A DNA stretch of 63,763 nucleotides, the filler included, from Octopus bimaculoides (taxonomy: Eukaryota): NCBI RefSeq assembly GCF_001194135.2. It is 7 parts of 5 records of this genome, joined end to end, with 100 filler letters (N's around TTAATTAATTAA, not from the genome) between each part and the next. Parts side by side here need not be neighbours in the genome. Positions count along the whole stretch, not along the records: positions 50,661 to 53,395 come from NC_068982.1; positions 53,496 to 60,252 come from NW_026334008.1; positions 60,353 to 62,216 come from NW_026379226.1; positions 62,317 to 63,763 come from NC_069006.1; 3 more parts are not named here. The stretch is one strand, 5' to 3'. Below, piece after piece: positions 51,798-63,763 of this stretch; position 1 is the stretch's first letter; each line of letters opens with the position of its first letter. The notes below the pieces were generated by a model that was not told the origin of the DNA, made no database searches, and was given only the letters and a program-made list of their open reading frames with translations. A program made the position numbers and the translations under genes.

Positions 51798-51950
51798 GTT
51801 ATTATTATTATTATCATTTATATCAGGGTTCATATCGCTATCCACCCCTATTCCTTTTGATTTAAGTATTTGTTTGTGTGTTATAATGAAATAATTACTA
51901 TGAAGCATTGTGTACAATATATTGTATAAAAGATCGTGAGTAAGGCCACA
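50660..51950 (-). mobile_element. Penelope-like element 3' portion: GIY-YIG endonuclease plus 3' repeat with hammerhead
   Basis: ORF 51917-51474 contains NVVYQCKV..RYLECT..KRLSNHYST..STSLSKFIWELKE, and the frameshifted continuation has CSLCNLE. An (AAT)n expansion lies inside the ORF. Confidence 0.75.
50730..50775 (-). ncRNA. Minimal type I hammerhead ribozyme motif (core variant CCGAUGA)
   Basis: Minus strand AAAACTGT-CCGATGA-ACG(agaa)CGT-GAA-ACTC(c)GAGT-A-ACAGTTTT: 8-bp stem I, 3-bp stem II, palindromic stem III, GUA cleavage triplet. Confidence 0.75.
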
Positions 51951-52110
51951 TCGGCAACATTCGTCAATTTCTTGAAAATGGGGTCATATTCGCGAAATAT
52001 TGAATACAAGGTAAGTCTACATTAATTCACATATTAGTTTTCTTGTGGTTTACCTTGCATTTACTTCGCATTGTTTTGTCCTTGCCCACTATCTTTTATA
52101 CAATATATAT

Positions 52111-52564
52111 ATTAATACCTAGTAGAAATAACAGAGTGACCCAAGGCCCGAGAGTTTCGTGCGTTAGCACCATTTATCAAACTATTCAGAGGTCGAAGAC
52201 CCGTGAGTTTTTATAGCTGCTGATAAAATAAATAAATATATTTCCCCATGGAATGAATGTTCTTGAACGAATTATAGCAATGTCACGTGAATAATTCAAA
52301 ATGTTTTCCCGTGATGTCGTTCAATAAGCAAATACTTATAAATTGCTTATTTATGTCTACCCGTTAATTACATAACGGGTAAACATTTTGAATTATCCAC
52401 GTGACATTATCATAATACGTTCTAGAACATTCCATAGGGAAATATATTTATCTATCAACATCTATATAAACTCACAGACCTTCAACCTGTGAATAATTTG
52501 ATAAGTGCCAACATACGAATCTCTCGAACCTTGAGTCACTCTGTTACTTCTGCTAGATATTAAT
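52111..52564. mobile_element. Foldback element (almost wholly palindromic, 454 bp)
   Basis: attaatacctagtagaaataacagagtgacccaagg matches the reverse complement of the right end at 32/36, and the pairing continues inward to the central aataagcaa..ttgcttatt. Confidence 0.85.
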
Positions 52565-52635
52565 AGAAATATACATATACTCATATTTTGAGTTCTCTTT
52601 TTCTTGTTTGCATCAAGATGCCTATCGGGCGGCTT

Positions 52636-52830
52636 TTAAGCTAGCATATAGCTTTTAAGCAACCGACCCTGAATGGGAAGACCTGCAAACAGATCCCTGA
52701 CTTGTTTTGGAGAATTTGTTGCAATTGCTTCCTCCAGGGTCATGTCCCAATGATGATTATATTTGTCGCAAAAAATCATATTAAAAAAATCACCAAAAAC
52801 AATCGCAGTAATGAAAACTTGGGAATCCAA
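52636..52830 (-). mobile_element. Helitron Rep-helicase linker fragment
   Basis: HHWDMTLEEAIATNSPKQVRDLFA matches the Helitron HWD.TL.EA....SP.QLR.LFA motif. Confidence 0.65.
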
Positions 52831-53350
52831 AATTTCAGGATTATGGTACCGGATTCGGCCCGGAATGTTTTTATTTACTCAGAGTCAGCCTGAGTCCAAA
52901 ATGGTATGATATGTTGAATTACGGCCTCTAGGAGTAAAGTTGAAAGAGTATGACACACTGACACACTGACATTCACATATATTATATTATATTATATTAT
53001 ATTATATTATATTATATTATATCATATCATATCATATCATATCATATCATAACCGCTTGTGCGGTGGATTTGAAAAGCTATAATATACAAAGATGAGACA
53101 TGTGCTATTTTATTTCATAATTATATGCTAATTTTTTGGCGTACACACTGATGAGAACTTCGCCTAGGAAATTATTTTATTTGTTAATTAAAGTTCGAAA
53201 TCTAGGTCCAGTAACAAAATATGGTAAATGTTTTTATTTTTCATTCCCTTCGACATTAATCTTAACTGTGGTTTGGATTTTGACTGTTCCTTCTAGCATG
53301 TAAGGTGTCCCGTTTAGGGTCACCTCTTTGGTGTTTAAATGTACACTAAT

Positions 53351-53395
<45 letters not shown>

Positions 53396-53797
53396 NNNNN
53401 NNNNNNNNNNNNNNNNNNNNNNNNNNNNNNNNNNNNNNNTTAATTAATTAANNNNNNNNNNNNNNNNNNNNNNNNNNNNNNNNNNNNNNNNNNNNTCGAT
53501 TCCTCGACGAGGTGATACGTTGTGTTCTTGAGCAAAAAAAAAAACTCATTTCCCGTTACTCCAGTCCATCCTGCTGGCAAAAATGAGTAATAGCACCATG
53601 GAGCAGTGTCCTCTTCCAGGGGAATTATATGTATATGCCACAGAATCGGAGGTCTCCCTGGGAACTACGTTAAGGGTATACGTGTCTGTGGAGTGCTCAG
53701 CCACAGGGATGTTAATTTTACGAGCAGGCTGTTCCGTTGATTGCATCAACTGGAACTCTCGTCGTCATAACCGACGGAGTGCCAGTATAGTATGACA

Positions 53798-54327
53798 TTA
53801 TCTCTACAGATTTCCTATGTAAATTATAGCCAGTACTGAATTTCTTACGACGCTTCGTATACAATTCAGCTGATGTAAACAACAACGCGATCGAAGATGA
53901 TAAATGGTTAATGGTCGTATATGCCATATTTCAGGCGTTTTTGCTCCTTCATCAGCACACATCCAACCCATTGACCGTTAAATATATTTTGAAGTATGTT
54001 TGGGTTACATAACAAACTACGGGGTCCCTACAGGTCATTAATATTTACGTACCGGCTTCCAGGAATGTTTTTAATATGTAAAATTGGTACAGCCAACAGT
54101 GTTACGATGCTATATTTAGTGGCTTTTTAAGCTGTGTGTTCGTGAATAGTTAATGGACTGGATGGGTGCTGATGAAGAAGCAAAATCTCCTGAAAGATGG
54201 CATTTACGCCCATTACCGATTTTTCATCTTCGATCTCCTTGTTATTTACATTAGGCATCTCGGATACGAAACGTCGTAACAAAAGGCAACGCAGGCTATA
54301 ATTTCTATGGAGAATCTGTAGAGATAA
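53798..54327. mobile_element. Foldback/MITE with ~180-bp diverged inverted arms
   Basis: ttatctctacaga...tctgtagagataa ends. The arms align throughout, e.g. ttgctccttcatcagcacacatcc versus ggatgggtgctgatgaagaagcaa. Confidence 0.8.
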
Positions 54328-55584
54328 CCTTAACAAGTTATTAATTAAGATAGCTATATCAATTAATTAATCCTTCATTAAACATTGAACTGGAGAAACA
54401 TGCACAGACAGGTGTTTTTATCGTCTGCCTCCTGTAGTTCGCGTCTGTTGTTTAACGAAGATTTAATTAAGATAGCTATATTAATTAATTTAAACCTTCA
54501 TTAACCAACAAGCTAGAACTATACGAGGCAAATTTGTTACTATAGCACGAGTCTGTTCAAATATGTAGGAAAGAGTTGGGAGATGCGGAAAGATAACAGA
54601 TCTATGCCATCTCTTATTCTGTTGTTTTTTTTTACGTGTCCTGATGAAAGGGTTCTAACACCGACATATCGAGGAAATGCAAGGTAAAACGAGCTCTTCA
54701 GTTTGCACTTCCCTGTCATTCATTTGACATTGTCTCAACGTTTAACAAGTTTCAATCTAATTCATTTTCTGTGTCTTTATATTTGCGAGGGGGAGACAAG
54801 CACCCCCACCCAGCTCAGTGTGCATTCAGGGACATGTTTCTGAGTCATTGTTCGTCATCAGCCTGAAGTAGCAACACTAGCTGGTTTATATATATATATA
54901 TNNNNNNNNNNNNNNNNNNNNNNNNNNNNNNNNNNNNNNNNNNNNNNNNNNNNNNNNNNNNNNNNNNNNNNNNNNNNNNNNNNNNNNNNNNNNNNNNNNN
55001 NNNNNNNNNNNNNNNNNNNNNNNNNNNNNNNNNNNNNNNNNNNNNNNNNNNNNNNNNNNNNNNNNNNNNNNNNNNNNNNNNNNNNNNNNNNNNNNNNNNN
55101 NNNNNNNNNNNNNNNNNNNNNNNNNNNNNNNNNNNNNNNNNNNNNNNNNNNNNNNNNNNNNNNNNNNNNNNNNNNNNNNNNNNNNNNNNNNNNNNNNNNN
55201 NNNNNNNNNNNNNNNNNNNNNNNNNNNNNNNNNNNNNNNNNNNNNNNNNNNNNNNNNNNNNNNNNNNNNNNNNNNNNNNNNNNNNNNNNNNNNNNNNNNN
55301 NNNNNNNNNNNNNNNNNNNNNNNNNNNNNNNNNNNNNNNNNNNNNNNNNNNNNNNNNNNNNNNNNNNNNNNNNNNNNNNNNNNNNNNNNNNNNNNNNNNN
55401 NNNNNNNNNNNNNNNNNNNNNNNNNNNNNNNNNNNNNNNNNNNNNNNNNNNNNNNNNNNNNNNNNNNNNNNNNNNNNNNNNNNNNNNNNNNNNNNNNNNN
55501 NNNNNNNNNNNNNNNNNNNNNNNNNNNNNNNNNNNNNNNNNNNNNNNNNNNNNATTTTTATTCATTAAGATAGAAGAAAACACA

Positions 55585-55623
<39 letters not shown>

Positions 55624-55958
55624 CCTGCGGCTAGTGTAAAAAATACTCACCCAAAGTCCGCTCAGTAGGACTGAACCTGAGATCACATGGCTGCTAATAG
55701 AGCTTCCTGGTTGCTAAACGACCATACAGCGATGCCTAAGCCCATATCACCTTACTATTTTTTTGTTTTTTGTTTTGTTTTGTTTTGTTCGTTTCTTTTG
55801 TTTGTTTTGGTTGTTTTTCTACACTTTCTCTGTTTGACCCTTCGTCTACATCGATGTACATCTGAATTCCTTTTGTCAATATCTTCATCATCAACACCAG
55901 ATATTTCAACCGTTTAAAACGATATCTATTGTTACTTTTCTACACCACATTACTATAG

Positions 55959-56011
<53 letters not shown>

Positions 56012-56299
56012 ATTATACATATAAGTAAAAATGTGTTTACAGTTTGATAAATGACCTGATGCTATCACAGTCCCCTCCGCCACCCCAGCTAAACTATATT
56101 CGACACTTCATAACATTATATTTTTAACACGGTTAACTGACTTTTTCACACAAGTCTTTGTTTATTATGGAAATATCGTTTGCTAGTCTTAACATCTTCT
56201 CACGTAAATTGAGCTTTTGTATTTCAACCTCTTCCTATCTCTTGCTTCCTTTCTTTCTTTCTTCCTTTCTCTCTTTCTTTCTCTCTTTCTTTCTTCCTT

Positions 56300-59850
<3,551 letters not shown>

Positions 59851-61697
59851 AGAAAGAGGGACTGAATCGGTAGAGCACCGAACGCCAGATGCATCTCTTA
59901 TTATCCGTGTTGTTAATTTTTATTCTTCTTCTTTCTAATTTCTTTACTCATTTTGTACTTTTCATTTATCATTGAACTCTTTCTTCAAGACTGGTTCTTC
60001 GTGTTCTTTTTATTCCTCGTTCTTTTTCTTCCATTTTTTCCTTTCTCTATTTTTCCTTCTTACATTTCTGTCTCATCTTGTCATATTTTCCCTTCTTTTT
60101 CACCCATTTTCTCCTTATTTCTCTCTTTCTTTCTTTACTCTTCCCTCCACCCCTTACTGTCGTCTTAATTCATTCTCCCCCCGCTTGTCTTCTTTGTATT
60201 ACCATCTTTCATCTCCGTTATTTTTTCTTTCAAATGCTAATGTTTTCAATTGNNNNNNNNNNNNNNNNNNNNNNNNNNNNNNNNNNNNNNNNNNNNTTAA
60301 TTAATTAANNNNNNNNNNNNNNNNNNNNNNNNNNNNNNNNNNNNNNNNNNNNTTTTTTTGTATAGAATACTGGATATTAAAATAATATGCGAGTATATTA
60401 ATATTACATAGCCAAATGTAGAAAAAGATATAAAGGAATACATCAAGTTATACAGGCATGTTTATGACATTAACAGAATGACAGAAAGACAAAGAGAAAG
60501 ATAGAGACGAAGAGAGAGAAACTGAGAGAATGAGAGAGAGTACTAGGTATAGATTGAGAGAGAGAGAGAGAGAGGGGGGGAGAAAGAGAAGGAGAAAGGT
60601 GTGCGAGTGCGTAAGGAATAATAAAAAGGTGATGTTGACAATAAGTACATAAATACACACATGAACCCAAAAACACCCATTATATACACAATCACCATTC
60701 TTCATTCATACATTGATACATACGTACATACATACATACATACACATACAAACATACATACATACATACATACATACATACATAAAAAAAATTTCAAAAT
60801 ATGGGCGAGAGTGTAAAAGGAATGAAAANNNNNNNNNNNNNNNNNNNNNNNNNNNNNNNNNNNNNNNNNNNNNNNNNNNNNNNNNNNNNNNNNNNNNNNN
60901 NNNNNNNNNNNNNNNNNNNNNNNNNNNNNNNNNNNNNNNNNNNNNNNNNNNNNNNNNNNNNNNNNNNNNNNNNNNNNNNNNNNNNNNNNNNNNNNNNNNN
61001 NNNNNNNNNNNNNNNNNNNNNNNNNNNNNNNNNNNNNNNNNNNNNNNNNNNNNNNNNNNNNNNNNNNNNNNNNNNNNNNNNNNNNNNNNNNNNNNNNNNN
61101 NNNNNNNNNNNNNNNNNNNNNNNNNNNNNNNNNNNNNNNNNNNNNNNNNNNNNNNNNNNNNNNNNNNNNNNNNNNNNNNNNNNNNNNNNNNNNNNNNNNN
61201 NNNNNNNNNNNNNNNNNNNNNNNNNNNNNNNNNNNNNNNNNNNNNNNNNNNNNNNNNNNNNNNNNNNNNNNNNNNNNNNNNNNNNNNNNNNNNNNNNNNN
61301 NNNNNNNNNNNNNNNNNNNNNNNNNNNNNNNNNNNNNNNNNNNNNNNNNNNNNNNNNNNNNNNNNNNNNNNNNNNNNNNNNNNNNNNNNNNNNNNNNNNN
61401 NNNNNNNNNNNNNNNNNNNNNNNNNNNNNNNNNNNNNNNNNNNNNNNNNNNNNNNNNNNNNNNNNNNNNNNNNNNNNNNNNNNNNNNNNNNNNNNNNNNN
61501 NNNNNNNNNNNNNNNNNNNNNNNNNNNNNNNNNNNNNNNNNNNNNNNNNNNNNNNNNNNNNNNNNNNNNNNNNNNNNNNNNNNNNNNNNNNNNNNNNNNN
61601 NNNNNNNNNNNNNNNNNNNNNNNNNNNNNNNNNNNNNNNNNNGACTAAAGGCGGTACTCCAACATAGCCGCAGTCAAATGACTGAAACAAGTAAAAG

Positions 61698-61746
<49 letters not shown>

Positions 61747-62178
61747 GCGCTTCTGTTTGAGTGTCTGTGTTTGTATGCTTGTCATAAGTGTCTTTATATA
61801 GGTAGATTGTTATATGTGTGCGCATACAAACTCACACATACAGCATTAAACAAGAGGTAAAACACACTGAAACATAAGAATGAATGCACACAAAAAAAAA
61901 ATATTTATATGAGGATGTTTGTATAGTATGTAAATTATATTTATAAATATTACGAACTCTCTCCTCAAGCACATTGAGTATTTCTTTTGGTTCGCAAACA
62001 ACTTAGTCCTACGCTGAGCGATAACTGTATCACACATCCATCCATCCATTCATCGATCCATCTATTCATCCAACCATCCAACCGTCCATCCATCCATACA
62101 TTCATTCATACATGCATACAAGCTTCCATACATCATACATACTTATATATACTAACATGCATATATCCATATACATAC

Positions 62179-62216
<38 letters not shown>

Positions 62217-62535
62217 NNNNNNNNNNNNNNNNNNNNNNNNNNNNNNNNNNNNNNNNNNNNTTAATTAATTAANNNNNNNNNNNNNNNNNNNNNNNNNNNN
62301 NNNNNNNNNNNNNNNNCTACGAAGAGGAGGAGGAGGAGGAGAAGAAGGAAGTTCAAGTATGTTTGTCTTGCACAAGTGGTAAATGGTGGAAATCAACAAC
62401 CTAGTGTTTAAATAGTTGTACGTATGTCGTTTGTGTAAGAGAGAAATCACGAGACAGCAACCAGGTTAGTTTATGATAAAGATACAGTACGATTTTATAC
62501 ATGTATATGTGTGTGTGTGTGTGTGTGTGCATATG

Positions 62536-62611
<76 letters not shown>

Positions 62612-62831
62612 CACGCATATATATATATATATACATACATACTCGTATGTGTATGTTTGGTAAGGTTGTTGCACTTACAATCGCGAGATTGTGGGTTCGA
62701 TTCTTGGACTGGATCAATACTTCAATTATATATATGTATATATCGATGTTTTTATGTTTAGTTGTAATAAAAAACGATTTTACATTAATCTGATGGGTTA
62801 CTCTGTACTTTTATAGAGAACAAATTTATCA

Positions 62832-62961
62832 TTCTTAAACAACAATGTTGTTGACAGTGACTTCGAAGTTTTGGCCAGCTTAAGCCATTGTCGAAATGTT
62901 GACAATTTTTTAGGTAGCTGAAACTTCAAAGTCACTATCAACAACATTGTTATTTAAAGAA
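62832..62961. repeat. Small inverted repeat (130 bp)
   Basis: aacaatgttgttgacagtgacttcgaagttt pairs with aaacttcaaagtcactatcaacaacattgtt at 29/31. Confidence 0.85.
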
Positions 62962-63302
62962 CAGTAAATATATGTACGTATATGATGCATAAAACATCAA
63001 TATATATATATCTCCAGAGTAATTAAGAGATCAATTAATTAATAGGTTGTTAAAATTCCAACATTGCAGCAGATTCATTAGAGATATATCTCAGAAATTC
63101 CCCAGTTCCAACAATATGAAATTATGGGAAAGAATTTGTAGTTGATTAATGAATTGTCCGAATGAGTTTGCAAATTTCTTTCTTTTCTTTTTCGTTTTTT
63201 TTTTTGTTAATTTGTTGTGCATGAAAAGAGTTGGTTCATTGATTCATTGAGACAAGAGTTTGTCTTTTTACGACAGAAAAAACAAAAACAAAAGAAAAAG
63301 GC

Positions 63303-63350
<48 letters not shown>

Positions 63351-63699
63351 ATATGTATATATACATATACATGTTGGTCTTCCTGTGTATATCCAATGTG
63401 TGAGCGTGTGTGTCTGTACATATAACGTATGTGTGTGTGATTAAAGGTTTGTACATAGGTGTAGTATAAATATTCCAATTTATGTCTGTTAAATCTTTTT
63501 TCGCTGTTGATTGTTGCCACATACATAGCTTTTGTTTGTTTTTTGTTTCTTGGGTTCACTAGAATAACAAATGCTTGTCTAGACAACTAATGATGATGAT
63601 GTTGATGATGATGATGATGCTAAATTTTGTTGACCTGTAATCATAATAATGACAGAAATTAAAACAGATCAGAACTCACTGATCCCTCTCTTTATTTAG

Positions 63700-63747
<48 letters not shown>

Positions 63748-63763
63748 ATATATATATATATAT

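Noticed and set aside
54127-54336. Protein-like ORFs on both strands
   Set aside because: They lie in one arm of the foldback element and are not preserved in the other arm.

Overview
Eukaryotic, AT-rich, microsatellite- and transposon-dense animal DNA. The SINE families look like octopus repeats I recognise from memory, so the taxon is an inference. The only host gene I can support is the 3' part of a + strand GH18 chitinase with a C-terminal CBM14 chitin-binding domain: 7 visible exons at 73-20142, including a 26-nt micro-exon, plus one exon that is probably hidden in an N gap. Its first visible intron (8.8 kb) holds a decayed minus-strand LTR retrotransposon, five solo-LTR-like units, an antisense processed ARIH1 (ariadne) pseudogene, a hAT MITE and SINEs. 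The remaining ~43 kb has no confidently identifiable host gene. It contains a young 5'-truncated Tx1/L1-clade LINE whose 3' tail is shared with a SINE family, two copies of a non-autonomous Helitron, Penelope-like (PLE), CR1-like and RTE LINE remnants, Tc1/mariner and Chapaev3-like DNA transposon remnants, long foldback elements and several minimal hammerhead-ribozyme motifs. I see no clear new multi-gene system. The best leads are retroelement biology: hammerheads with non-canonical cores, a SINE/Tx1 shared tail and chimera, and a retrocopy abutting a gag start. All calls were made by eye with no database searches. Many N gaps and six artificial TTAATTAATTAA linkers limit long-range conclusions.
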